Made by a program: the position numbers and the translations under genes. Positions 49,767 to 60,825 of a stretch of DNA of 64,000 bases are shown piece by piece. The notes below the pieces were generated by a model. The model had not been told where the DNA came from and made no database searches. It saw only the letters and a program-made list of their open reading frames with translations. The stretch comes from an uncultured Candidatus Rokubacteria bacterium (lineage in GTDB: Bacteria; Methylomirabilota; Methylomirabilia; Rokubacteriales; CSP1-6): the NCBI GenBank assembly GCA_963754315.1, contig CAVWFS010000019.1:32001-96000 (forward strand), written 5' to 3'. Each line of letters starts with the position of its first letter. The stretch's first letter is position 1.

Positions 49767-52044
49767 GCCACCTATGTGGCTCGCGCTCCCCCTGGCTCCA
49801 TTGGCTCTGGCCCTGGCTGCGGGAATTGCCCTTGCCCCGATCACGCCAGTGTGGATCGCCTGGTGCGGGTGGGGGCTTGGTACGGTCGTTGCGGCTCTCA
49901 CGACCTCTAGTCGGTGGGGAGGGGCTGTCGTGCCCATGCTTCTCGCCGTAGCCTCTCTGGGTGTGGTGCACGGAAGGACGCCCCCCCTATCTGCCGACCA
50001 CGTTGCAAACCTGGAGCTGCCGACAACCGGGCTGATCGAGGGACGGCTTGCTGCCGAACCCATCCGGGGGGATCCCGATCGAACGCGTCTGCTCATCGAT
50101 ACAGAACGCGTCGACGGTCGCTCCGTATCGGGTCGTGTCCAGACCACGATCTATGGGGAAACGCCTTCGCTGACCACGGGCCAGCGGCTGGCTGTCGAGC
50201 TACGTTTACGGGAGGCCTCAGGGTTTCGCAACCCCGGGGTCTTCGATTACGCGGCGTATCTCGGCCGCGAAGGGATCTACGTGGTCGCCAGCGGACGGGC
50301 AGATCGGTTGATGCCGCTCGATGAGCCCCTACCATCTTGGCCACTCCGGATCAGGCGCCGCGCTGTGGAGATCATGCAGGAATCGCTCCCACCTACATCG
50401 GCCGCCCTCCTCGGTGGACTCCTCCTCGGCGACCGCACACCCCTCCCACATGACCTTGATGAGGCCTTTCGCCGGGCCGGGGTCTACCATGTCCTGGCCG
50501 TCTCCGGGTTCAATGTTGCCCTCCTGGCCTCCGCCGTGTTCGCGCTCTTGGTATTGGCGCGCGCCGACCGGCGATTGGCGGCGACAGTGGCCATGGTCGC
50601 GGTCGTCGTCTTCGCGATCGTGGTCGGACCTGAACCTTCAGTACTGCGAGCTGCCCTCATGGGGGTACTCGTCCTGGGAGCCATCCTTCTCGATCGCGAG
50701 TCCTCGGTCCTGAACAGTCTTTCCTTGGCGGCGATAATTATTCTTGCCCTTCGCCCAGGCGATCTTCGCGATCCAGGCTTCCAGCTGTCGTTCGCCGCCA
50801 CCGGCGGAATCGTTTTAGCCCCTCTCGCCCGAGGCGTCGTCCGCGGGGCTCTTGGCGTCAGCGCAGCGGCCCAGCTCGCCGTGCTTCCCATCACCCTCGC
50901 GCACTTCAATCAGGTGTCCACGATCGGACTGATCGCGAATCTCGTTGTCGTGCCTCTATCCGCGCTGGCCACCGTGCTCGGCCTCGCCGGCGTGTGTCTC
51001 GGAGCAGTACTGGGGCCTGCCGGAGCTTTTCTGCTCAACGCGGCGTGGCCAGTGCTCATCGCGTTGCGGGCCGCAGTGCTCGCGGCGGCCTCTGTACCCG
51101 CATCGGTCGTCCACCTGCCGGCGCCGCACTGGACGGGAGTGGCTATGTATGCGGGCGGCATCGGGCTGGCACTCGTGGCCTGGAGGCGACGCCAACGGTC
51201 GGAAGGGGGTGCTCGTGCGTTCGCGATCGTCGCCGGTAGCCTTCTCATCGTCGCCGCCATCATCGAAGCCTGGCCCCTCGTTCGACCGGCCGACGGACGG
51301 CTTCGCATCAGCGTTCTCGACGTTGGCCAGGGGGACGCGATGGTGGTGGAGTTGCCCGACGGGCGCGCAATACTGATCGATGCGGGGCCTGGTGGCCCCT
51401 ACCGCCTCGACGTCGGGCAGCGGGTGATCGCGCCGTTTCTTTGGAATCGAGGCCATCTCTCACTGGTGGGGGCCGTGCTCACGCACACCGACGTCGATCA
51501 CGCTGGCGGGATGGGCGCCATCCGTCGTCTCTTCCGCATCGCGGAGCCAGGGTCTGTCGACGCGGTCGTGGCCGGTGCCCGGCGAGCGGGAGTCAAGGTC
51601 ATGGTGTTGAGGGGGGCGGCCGGTCACGGGGACGGGAGCCCCAACGACACCGCCCTCGTCCTCCGATTCGAGTTCGGGCAGGCGACCTTCCTCCTGGCCT
51701 CGGACATCACGGCGCGCGCCGAAGGGGAGCTTCTGCGTCAAGCCGAGCGGCTGGACGCGGCCGTCCTCAAGGTCGCCCACCATGGCTCACGCGGGTCCAC
51801 CACATCAGAGTTCCTGCGTGCCGTGCACCCGACGGTCGCAGTCATCTCCGTAGGTCAGCGCAACCCCTACGGCCATCCCAGCCCCGAGACCATCGGCCGC
51901 CTCGGCGAGGCTGAGGCCACCATCTATCGCACCGATCAGGACGGCGCGGTCATGCTGGAGACAGACGGCCGCTCGCTCACGGTGACGACGTGGGCGTCAC
52001 GACGCCACGACCACTACTGCCTCGACCAGGGAGCGATCTGCTAG
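49756..52044 (+). CDS. comEC: ComEC/Rec2 competence protein
   Basis: NPGVFDY, HVLAVSGFNV, SVLRAALM, GFQLSF, LDVGQGDA, THTDVDH, KVAHHGS. Confidence 0.92.
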   Translation: MTRKPPMWLALPLAPLALALAAGIALAPITPVWIAWCGWGLGTVVAALTTSSRWGGAVVPMLLAVASLGVVHGRTPPLSADHVANLELPTTGLIEGRLAAEPIRGDPDRTRLLIDTERVDGRSVSGRVQTTIYGETPSLTTGQRLAVELRLREASGFRNPGVFDYAAYLGREGIYVVASGRADRLMPLDEPLPSWPLRIRRRAVEIMQESLPPTSAALLGGLLLGDRTPLPHDLDEAFRRAGVYHVLAVSGFNVALLASAVFALLVLARADRRLAATVAMVAVVVFAIVVGPEPSVLRAALMGVLVLGAILLDRESSVLNSLSLAAIIILALRPGDLRDPGFQLSFAATGGIVLAPLARGVVRGALGVSAAAQLAVLPITLAHFNQVSTIGLIANLVVVPLSALATVLGLAGVCLGAVLGPAGAFLLNAAWPVLIALRAAVLAAASVPASVVHLPAPHWTGVAMYAGGIGLALVAWRRRQRSEGGARAFAIVAGSLLIVAAIIEAWPLVRPADGRLRISVLDVGQGDAMVVELPDGRAILIDAGPGGPYRLDVGQRVIAPFLWNRGHLSLVGAVLTHTDVDHAGGMGAIRRLFRIAEPGSVDAVVAGARRAGVKVMVLRGAAGHGDGSPNDTALVLRFEFGQATFLLASDITARAEGELLRQAERLDAAVLKVAHHGSRGSTTSEFLRAVHPTVAVISVGQRNPYGHPSPETIGRLGEAEATIYRTDQDGAVMLETDGRSLTVTTWASRRHDHYCLDQGAIC

Positions 52045-52095
52045 AATTCAGGCACTTCGCGACGACTCGGCTCAGCCCCATGAGGAGACACATCC

Positions 52096-53328
52096 GTGGC
52101 GCGAATCAACGAACAGTACCTGAAACTCCGCAGTAGTTACCTCTTCACCGAGATCGCCCGGCGCGTGAAGACGTTCCAGGAAGCAAACCCTTCGGCCAAG
52201 ATCATCCGCCTCGGCATCGGCGACGTGACCCGGCCCCTCCCGCCCGTCGTCATCCGTGCCCTGCACGAGGCAGTCGATGAGATGGGGCGGGCCGAAACGT
52301 TTCGGGGTTACGGGCCCGAGCCGGGCTACGAGTTCCTCACCGCGCTTATCGCCAAACACGACTACGCCGCGCGGGGCGTGCCGATCGCGCCCGACGAGAT
52401 CTTCGTCAGCGACGGGGCCAAGAGTGACACCGGAAACATTCAAGAAATCTTCGCGGGGGACTCGGTCGTTGCTCTCACTGACCCGGTCTATCCCGTGTAC
52501 GTCGACAGCAACGTGATGGCGGGGCGGGCGGGGGCCGCGGATGCCGAAGGGCGCTACGAAGGTTTCCGGTACCTGCCGTGCACGGCCGAGAACGACTTTC
52601 GACCCCCGCTCCCCACGGAATCCGTGGACCTTGTATACCTCTGTTACCCGAACAATCCGACCGGCGCCGTCATGACCCGGGCCGCGCTCCGGACTTGGGT
52701 GGAGTATGCGCACGAGCACGGCGCCATCCTCCTCTACGACGCCGCCTATGAAGCCTACATTCGCGATCCCGAGATTCCCCACTCCATTTTCGAGATCGAG
52801 GGGGCGCGGCAGGTGGCCATCGAGTTCCGCAGCTTCTCCAAGACGGCCGGCTTCACAGGCACGCGCTGCGCTTTCACGGTCGTGCCCAAGGAGGTCATGG
52901 GGCGCACCGCCCTGGGCGACGCTGTGGAGCTGAACCGCTTGTGGCTGCGCCGCCAAACGACCAAGTTCAATGGGGTTCCCTACATCATCCAGCAGGGCGC
53001 GGCCGCCACCTATACCGAAGAGGGCCAGCGGCAGGTGCGCGCGCTGATCGATTTCTACCTGGAGAACACGCGGATCATCCGGGAGGGGTTGGAGGCGGCC
53101 GGCCTCACCGTCTACGGGGGCCGCAACGCACCCTATATCTGGCTGAAGACCCCGCCCGGGTTCTCCTCCTGGGACTTCTTCGACAAGCTGCTCAACGAAG
53201 CGCACGTCGTAGGAACACCGGGCACGGGCTTCGGACCGAGCGGCGAGGGCTACTTCCGGCTCACGGGCTTCGGCGGCCGCGACCAGACGGAGGAGGCGGT
53301 GGCACGGATCAAGACGCGATTGAAATGA
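52096..53328 (+). CDS. dapL: LL-diaminopimelate aminotransferase
   Basis: [55 protein letters not shown]. Confidence 0.92.
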   Translation: MARINEQYLKLRSSYLFTEIARRVKTFQEANPSAKIIRLGIGDVTRPLPPVVIRALHEAVDEMGRAETFRGYGPEPGYEFLTALIAKHDYAARGVPIAPDEIFVSDGAKSDTGNIQEIFAGDSVVALTDPVYPVYVDSNVMAGRAGAADAEGRYEGFRYLPCTAENDFRPPLPTESVDLVYLCYPNNPTGAVMTRAALRTWVEYAHEHGAILLYDAAYEAYIRDPEIPHSIFEIEGARQVAIEFRSFSKTAGFTGTRCAFTVVPKEVMGRTALGDAVELNRLWLRRQTTKFNGVPYIIQQGAAATYTEEGQRQVRALIDFYLENTRIIREGLEAAGLTVYGGRNAPYIWLKTPPGFSSWDFFDKLLNEAHVVGTPGTGFGPSGEGYFRLTGFGGRDQTEEAVARIKTRLK

Positions 53329-53330
53329 TC

Positions 53331-53383
53331 GGGCCGCGGACAGGCCCCTGCGCTCGGAGCGCCCCGGGGAGGGCGCTCCGAGC
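53331..53383. terminator. Hairpin pair between convergent dapL and rpoA (degenerate element copy, possible terminator)
   Basis: GGGCC/GGCCC and 13-bp stem GCTCGGAGCGCCC/GGGCGCTCCGAGC; no U-tract. Confidence 0.5.
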
Positions 53384-53399
53384 ACACGTTGCGCGATTC

Positions 53400-54395
53400 C
53401 TAGCTTTCGAAGGACTTTTCGAACTGAGCTCGCAAGCGTTCTAGCTCCTCGGGATCGAGGCGTAGGCCCAGCGCTAACCCCATCTCGCCGAGGATAGTTT
53501 TAATCTCGTTGAGCGATTTCTTGCCGAAGTTCTTGGTCTTGAGCAGCTCCGCCTCCGTCTTCTGCACAAGATCGGCAATCGTCCGGATATTGGCGGTCTT
53601 CAAGCAGTTGGAGGCGCGCACGGACAGTTCCAGTTCGTCTACGTTCCGGAACAGGTTCTCGTTCAATTCGGCGCGCGGACGGGGCTCCTCGCCTGGCTCC
53701 GCGCTCTCCTCGGGAGGGGCCACCTCCGGAAACTCGGTCAGGAGGGCGAAGTGGTCCTCGAGAATGCGTGAGGCCTCGCCCACCGCCACCCCTGGGGTGA
53801 CGGCACCGTTCGTCCACACCTCCAGCAGGAGCCGTTCGCGCCCATCCGCCAAGTCCTCGACGTGCTGGTTCACGCGCGCGATAGGGGAAAAGTCGGCGTC
53901 GAGCAGGATGGCATGGATCGGGAGCGCCTCCGGTTCACGCTTGTCGGCCCCCGCGTAGCCCCGGCCGCGCTCGATGCACACCTCCATCTCCAGCGAGCCG
54001 TCCTTGTCGAGCGTCGCGAGGACGACGTCTCGTGTCAGGATCTCCACGTCGGTGTCGCTCTCGAAGTCGCCAGCCTTCACCACGCCCACCCCCTGCGCCT
54101 TCAGGCGCAGGATCTTCGGACGGTTCACGTGGAGCTTGAACACGACCTTGCGAAGGTTGAGCATGATGTCGAGCGTGTCCTCGGTGACCCCCGGCAGGTG
54201 CGAGAACTCGTGCAGGACATTGGTGATCTTCACCCACGTCGGCGCCGCTCCGTGGATCGCGGACAGCAGGACTCGACGATACGCGTTGCCGACGGTGAGG
54301 GCGAAGCCTGACTCGAACGGCTCAATGGCCAGCTTGCCGTAGGTCGGCTCCTGAATGTGCCATTCGTGATGGGCGGGGAGCTGAAGCTCCAGCAT
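53400..54395 (-). CDS. rpoA: RNA polymerase alpha subunit, stand-alone and divergent
   Basis: GNAYRRVLLS, VLHEFS.LPGV.ED, RGRGY, DFSP, alpha-CTD ELELSVRASNCL..NFGKKSLNEI; AAGGGGG RBS. Confidence 0.9.
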   Translation of the reverse strand: MLELQLPAHHEWHIQEPTYGKLAIEPFESGFALTVGNAYRRVLLSAIHGAAPTWVKITNVLHEFSHLPGVTEDTLDIMLNLRKVVFKLHVNRPKILRLKAQGVGVVKAGDFESDTDVEILTRDVVLATLDKDGSLEMEVCIERGRGYAGADKREPEALPIHAILLDADFSPIARVNQHVEDLADGRERLLLEVWTNGAVTPGVAVGEASRILEDHFALLTEFPEVAPPEESAEPGEEPRPRAELNENLFRNVDELELSVRASNCLKTANIRTIADLVQKTEAELLKTKNFGKKSLNEIKTILGEMGLALGLRLDPEELERLRAQFEKSFES

Positions 54396-54439
54396 GACGA
54401 CCCCCTTGAGGAATTGCGGGGCTCCAGCCCCGACCCAGT

Positions 54440-54481
54440 AGTATATCAAACATGGCACGGAGTCGCACTCCCCTGTAGACT
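54440..54481. promoter_or_regulatory. Divergent promoters for rpoA (minus) and mltG (plus)
   Basis: Minus TGnTATACT (54448-54440); plus TGGCAC-N17-TAGACT, 8 nt before mltG ATG. Confidence 0.45.
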
Positions 54482-54489
54482 CACAGAAC

Positions 54490-55494
54490 ATGCGCTGGCG
54501 GATCATGGGCGGCGCCCTCGTGGCGGTGGTCCTCGCGGCCACGGCCGTGGAAGGCTGGCGGGTGCTCACACCGACTCCGACGCTCCGCGCGGGAGCACGG
54601 GTGGTCGAGATCCCCCCCCACGCTCGCCTGCGCGACATTGCCCACCGCCTGCAGACCGAGGGCGTGATCCGGAGCGCCGTCGGCTTCATCGGGCTGAGCC
54701 TGCTGCAGGGACAGGCGCGCCGGCTCAAGGCCGGCGAGTACGAGTTCCCCCAGGGCGTCGCCACCCCAGACGTTCTGACGCAGATGGCCGCCGGTGGCGT
54801 GCGGCAGCATCTCGTACTCCACCCGGAGGGCGCAACCGTGGCCGAGCTCGCCAGGGCCCTGGGTGCCGATCGACTCGCCTCGCCGCGCGAGATCGAACGC
54901 GCCGCCAGCGATCCTGTCTTTCTCAACGCGCTCGGGCTCGAGGTGGCGAACCTGGAGGGCTATCTGTTTCCCGACACCTACCAGTTCGTGCGCGGGATGA
55001 CGGCGGAGGAGATCCTGGCCCGCATGGTCCAGCGTCTGTTCGCGAAGTTGACTCCCGAAATCCGGGAGCGCGCGCAGGTTCGGGGTATCAGCCTGCATCA
55101 GCTTCTCACCTTGGCCTCCATCGTCGAACGCGAAGCCGTGGTGAAGGACGAGCGCGCCCTGATCGCGGCCGTCTTCTGGAATCGCCTACGCCGCGAGATG
55201 CCCCTGCAAGCGGACCCGACCGTCCAGTACGCCGTGCGGAAGGAACGGGGCACCCTGACGCGAGCCGATCTCGAGACTGATCATCCATATAACACCTACC
55301 GGCGTCCCGGCCTCCCCCCAGGGCCCATCGCGAGCCCGGGAATGGCCTCCATCGAGGCTGTCCTCGAGCCGGCACCTGTATCGTTCCTCTATTTCGTGGC
55401 CGTCGACGACCAGCGTCACGAATTCTCAACGACGCTCGAGCAACACAATGCCGCCGTAGCTCGTTACCGCCAGACCCGCGCGCGGGGCGGATGA
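54490..55494 (+). CDS. mltG: Endolytic transglycosylase MltG
   Basis: LKAGEY, LEGYLFPDTY, LASIVERE, LQADPTV.Y, PYNTY...GLPPGPI. Confidence 0.93.
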   Translation: MRWRIMGGALVAVVLAATAVEGWRVLTPTPTLRAGARVVEIPPHARLRDIAHRLQTEGVIRSAVGFIGLSLLQGQARRLKAGEYEFPQGVATPDVLTQMAAGGVRQHLVLHPEGATVAELARALGADRLASPREIERAASDPVFLNALGLEVANLEGYLFPDTYQFVRGMTAEEILARMVQRLFAKLTPEIRERAQVRGISLHQLLTLASIVEREAVVKDERALIAAVFWNRLRREMPLQADPTVQYAVRKERGTLTRADLETDHPYNTYRRPGLPPGPIASPGMASIEAVLEPAPVSFLYFVAVDDQRHEFSTTLEQHNAAVARYRQTRARGG

Positions 55495-55532
55495 GGCGGG
55501 GACCACTCGTTCGTGCTATAACCCGGACCACC

Positions 55533-56204
55533 ATGTCAGGCTCGAGGGTGGTTTCCACGCGCGCCGACCTTGGTGCCGCGCCCGCGCCTCCACCCGCCCT
55601 CTACCGGACGCTGTGCGCCTGGCTCCGGGGACCCGTCGCGCGGCTGTTCCGCCTGTCCGTGGAGGGCCTCGAGCACCTTCCCGCCCACACGCCCTACATC
55701 GTTGCCGCGAACCATCACAACTACCTGGACGGCGTGGTGCTTGCCCTCACCGTTCCCCAACCGATCGCGTTCATGGTGATGCCGCGCGTGTACCGCGCCA
55801 CTCCCGTGCATCCGCTCTTCCACGACCGCATCGGCTCCATTCCCCTCAGCCTCGGGGGGGCAGACGTCAGTGCGCTGCGTCGCGCGCTTGGCGTTCTGCG
55901 GGAGGGTCGCGTGGTCGGCATCTTCCCCGAGGGCCCGTTCTCCGTTCACGGCCGCCTCGAGCGAGGTCTGCCAGGCGTGGCCTTGCTCGCGTTGCGCTCT
56001 GGCGCTCTCGTCGTCCCCGCCGGCATCCATGGAACCTACGAGGCCCTCGTGGGTCGCCGTTGTTACATCCCACGCCGCCACCCGGTCCGCGTGCGGTTTG
56101 GCCCCCCACGGCGTTTCGTCACCGGACCAGACCACCGGCGCCTGACCCGGACAGAGGTCACCCAGCGGATCATGCAGGACATCGCCGGGCTTCTGGACGG
56201 CTGA
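55533..56204 (+). CDS. Lysophospholipid acyltransferase (PlsC family)
   Basis: NHHNYLD, GIFPEG, VRFG.P; alternative ATG at 55491. Confidence 0.85.
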   Translation: MSGSRVVSTRADLGAAPAPPPALYRTLCAWLRGPVARLFRLSVEGLEHLPAHTPYIVAANHHNYLDGVVLALTVPQPIAFMVMPRVYRATPVHPLFHDRIGSIPLSLGGADVSALRRALGVLREGRVVGIFPEGPFSVHGRLERGLPGVALLALRSGALVVPAGIHGTYEALVGRRCYIPRRHPVRVRFGPPRRFVTGPDHRRLTRTEVTQRIMQDIAGLLDG

Positions 56205-56211
56205 GGGATCG

Positions 56212-57582
<1,371 letters not shown>

Positions 57583-58641
57583 GTGGGAGCCGCGGTGGCC
57601 CTCGCGGTAGTACTTGGGTTGGTGGCCTGCGGGCGGGTGGGGCCACCCGTCGCCCCGCAACTTCGTGAGCCTCAGCCCGTGGCCGAACTCACGGCTGCCG
57701 AGGGCGAGGGCGTCATCGAGGTACACTGGGCCAATCCCACTCGCCGCCAGGACAACTCGCCGTTGCGCGATCTCACCGCGGTGCACGTGTACAGGACGGA
57801 GGACACGGGGTCCGGCGAGCCGAAACCCGCCCTGCGTGACCGAGGCCGGATCGCAGGGTACGATCAGATCGCCACCATTCGACTGGCCACGCCGGCGCCC
57901 GCCATCGTCGAGGGCCCGCGCATGTCTTTTCCCGATCGAGGAGGCCTCACCTACGGACGTCGCTATACCTACGTGATCCTTGCCGAGGACGCGCAAGGTC
58001 GAGTCAGTCCGCCTTCCCTCCGGTTGTCCGTTGCCTACATTGCCCCGCCCACGCCCCCTCTCGACTTTTCCGCCACCTCGGGCGAGGGCGAGGTCCAACT
58101 CCGCTGGCAGCCTCCGTCTCGCCTCGTCGACGGCAGCCCCGCACGGGGGGAGATCACCTATGAGGTCCTGCGTGCGTCCGGTTCGGAGGCGGCCTTGGAG
58201 GTCGTTACCGCGGCGCCCGTCGTGGAGACACGCTTCACCGATCGGGGACTCGTAAACGACCAGACGTATAGCTATGCCGTGCGCGCACTGCGCGCGGAGG
58301 CCGGAGGCCAGGCGCGTAGCGCGGCAACCCCTCGCTTGACCGTCACTCCCCTTGACACGACACCCCCCGGGGCCCCGCAACACCTGGTCGCGGTGGTGGT
58401 CGGAGGCGACGTCCGTTTAGCGTGGGCCCCGGGAGACACCGACGTGGCTCGCTACGTCGTCTACCGCGCGGACGCGAGGGGCACCTTCACTCGCGTCGGC
58501 TCGACCGCGCCTCCCAGCACGACCTACGTCGACCGCGGGGTAGCCGCTGGCGCCTACCGCTATGTCGTCACCGCGCAGGACGCGAGCTCAAGCGCCAACG
58601 AGAGCGCGCGATCGAACGAGGTAGGCGCCACCGTACCTTGA
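57583..58641 (+). CDS. Lipoprotein with three fibronectin type III-like domains
   Basis: Lipobox LVAC-GRVGPPVAP; repeated L.W, Y.V.R, D..., Y.Y.V.A. Confidence 0.75.
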   Translation: MGAAVALAVVLGLVACGRVGPPVAPQLREPQPVAELTAAEGEGVIEVHWANPTRRQDNSPLRDLTAVHVYRTEDTGSGEPKPALRDRGRIAGYDQIATIRLATPAPAIVEGPRMSFPDRGGLTYGRRYTYVILAEDAQGRVSPPSLRLSVAYIAPPTPPLDFSATSGEGEVQLRWQPPSRLVDGSPARGEITYEVLRASGSEAALEVVTAAPVVETRFTDRGLVNDQTYSYAVRALRAEAGGQARSAATPRLTVTPLDTTPPGAPQHLVAVVVGGDVRLAWAPGDTDVARYVVYRADARGTFTRVGSTAPPSTTYVDRGVAAGAYRYVVTAQDASSSANESARSNEVGATVP

Positions 58642-58677
58642 CTTCCCTAGGGTCAGAATGCCAGACTTTGCGCGTAC

Positions 58678-59931
58678 ATGAACCATTTCGCTTACCGGAA
58701 CGGAGAGCTCGCGTGCGAGGGCGTGTCCCTACGGACACTGGCTGACACGGTGGGCACTCCTGCCTATGTGTACTCCCGCGCCGCGCTCCTCGATAGTTAT
58801 CACGCGTACGATCGGGCCTTCGCTGAAATCCCGCACATCATCTGCTACGCGGTCAAGGCCAATTCCAATCTCGGCGTCATCTCCACGTTGGCGCGGGCCG
58901 GGGCCGGGGCCGATATCGTGTCTGGGGGTGAACTGTACCGTGCCCTCCGGGCCGGTGTCCCACCGAGGAAAATCATCTTCTCCGGAGTCGGCAAGACACG
59001 CGACGAAATGCGGGAGGCGCTGAAGGCGGAGATCCTGATGTTTAACGTGGAGTCGGTGAGCGAGTTGCGCGCGCTGGACGAGGTCGCTCGGGCCATGGGT
59101 GTTCGGGCTCCCATCGCCCTCCGGGTCAATCCCGATGTCGATCCGGAGACGCACCCGTACATCGCCACCGGTCTCAAGAGCGCGAAGTTCGGCATCCCCA
59201 TCGCGGAGGCTCACCGAGCGTACGAAGTCGCCCAGGCGCTGCCGGGACTCGAGGTCCTCGGGGTCCAGATGCACATCGGTTCCCAGCTCACCAAGACGTC
59301 GCCCTTCGCGGACGCCGTGGCCCGTGTCGTGTCGCTCGCCAAGCACCTGCGCGAGAGCGGCATCGCGGTCACGCTCGTCGACATCGGCGGCGGCCTGGGT
59401 ATTCGTTACCGCGACGAGACGGTTCCCACCCACGTCGAGTACGCTCAGACCCTGGTCACGATGCTGCGGGAACTGGGTGGCGTGACAGTGCTGCTGGAGC
59501 CAGGTCGTTCGATCGTCGGTAACGCCGGCCTCCTGCTCACCCGGGTGCTCTACCGCAAGGAGGCCTCCGCAAAGACGTTCGTGGTGATCGACGCCGCCAT
59601 GAACGACCTGATCCGGCCGGCCTTCTACGATGCCTATCATGACATCCGACCGGTGCGCGAAGAGCGGGCCACGGCTGCCATGGAAACGGTAGATGTCGTC
59701 GGGCCCATCTGCGAATCGGGTGACTTCCTGGCCAAGAACCGAACGCTGCCGCGCGCCGAGGAGGGGGATCTCCTCGGCGTCATGAGCGCGGGCGCCTACG
59801 GGTTCGCCATGGCGTCGAACTACAACACGCGACCCCGCGCGGTGGAGGTCCTCGTGCAGGGCGAGCACTACACGATCGTTCGCCGCCGGGAGACGTACGA
59901 GGACCTGGTGGCGGGGGAGGCGACGGTATGA
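58678..59931 (+). CDS. lysA: Diaminopimelate decarboxylase
   Basis: YAVKAN, DIVSGGEL, LRVNP, SAKFG, HIGSQ, EPGRSI, GPICESGD, MASNYN. Confidence 0.95.
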   Translation: MNHFAYRNGELACEGVSLRTLADTVGTPAYVYSRAALLDSYHAYDRAFAEIPHIICYAVKANSNLGVISTLARAGAGADIVSGGELYRALRAGVPPRKIIFSGVGKTRDEMREALKAEILMFNVESVSELRALDEVARAMGVRAPIALRVNPDVDPETHPYIATGLKSAKFGIPIAEAHRAYEVAQALPGLEVLGVQMHIGSQLTKTSPFADAVARVVSLAKHLRESGIAVTLVDIGGGLGIRYRDETVPTHVEYAQTLVTMLRELGGVTVLLEPGRSIVGNAGLLLTRVLYRKEASAKTFVVIDAAMNDLIRPAFYDAYHDIRPVREERATAAMETVDVVGPICESGDFLAKNRTLPRAEEGDLLGVMSAGAYGFAMASNYNTRPRAVEVLVQGEHYTIVRRRETYEDLVAGEATV

Positions 59932-60813
59932 CGCCATTTCAGGGCTCCTTCGTGGCACTGGTCACCCCGTTCCGCGGCGGCAAAGTCGACGAAGCGAAGC
60001 TCCGGGAGCTCGTGGAGTTCCATGCGACGCACGGGACGGACGGCCTCATTCCTTGTGGTACCACCGGCGAGTCGCCGACCTTGAGCCACGACGAGCACAA
60101 GCGCGTGGTGGAGATCGTGGTGGAGGCGGCGCGCCACCGACTTCCCGTGGTCGCCGGTACCGGCTCCAACTCCACGGCGGAAGCCCTCGACCTCACCCGC
60201 CACGCGGAACGGGCCGGAGCGAACGGGGCGCTTGTCGTCAACCCCTACTACAACAAGCCAACCCAGCAGGGTCTCTACGAGCACTTCCGGGCGGTGGCTG
60301 AGTCGGTCAGCCTCCCCATTCTCGTTTACAACATCCAGGGCCGGACGGCCATCAACGTGGAGACAGACACCCTGGCGCGACTCGTCCGCGACTGCAAGAA
60401 CATCGTGGGGGTCAAGGAAGCCTCCGGCTCGCTCGACCAGATGAGCCAAGTGATCCTGGCCTGTGGCCCCGAGTTCTCTGTGCTGTCCGGCGACGACAAC
60501 ATTACGCTGCCTCTCCTCGCTATCGGTGGGCGGGGGGTCATCTCCGTCATCGCCAACATCCTGCCTCGCGAGACTTCGGAGATGGTGCACGCCGCTCTCG
60601 ATGGCGACTGGAAGCGGGCCCGTGAGCTACATTACCGGCTGTTTCCTCTGGCGCGGGCTGCCTTCCTCGAGACCAATCCCATTCCCATCAAGGAGGCGAT
60701 GGCCATGGCGGGCATGCTCGAGCCCGAGTTCCGGCTCCCCATGTGCAGGATGGGTGAGGCCAACCGGGAGAAGCTGCGGAGCGTGCTGACGACCGTACGG
60801 CCTCGCAACGTAA
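59928..60813 (+). CDS. dapA: 4-hydroxy-tetrahydrodipicolinate synthase (as assembled reads on to 60893)
   Basis: ALVTPF, GTTGES, PYYNKP, YNIQGRT, KEASG, SGDD, TNPIPIK. Confidence 0.93.
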
Positions 60814-60825
60814 CCGTCCACGGCC

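Noticed and set aside
54396..54926. 508-aa N-terminally extended RpoA
   Set aside because: The extension overlaps mltG antisense; RBS and homology support ATG 54395
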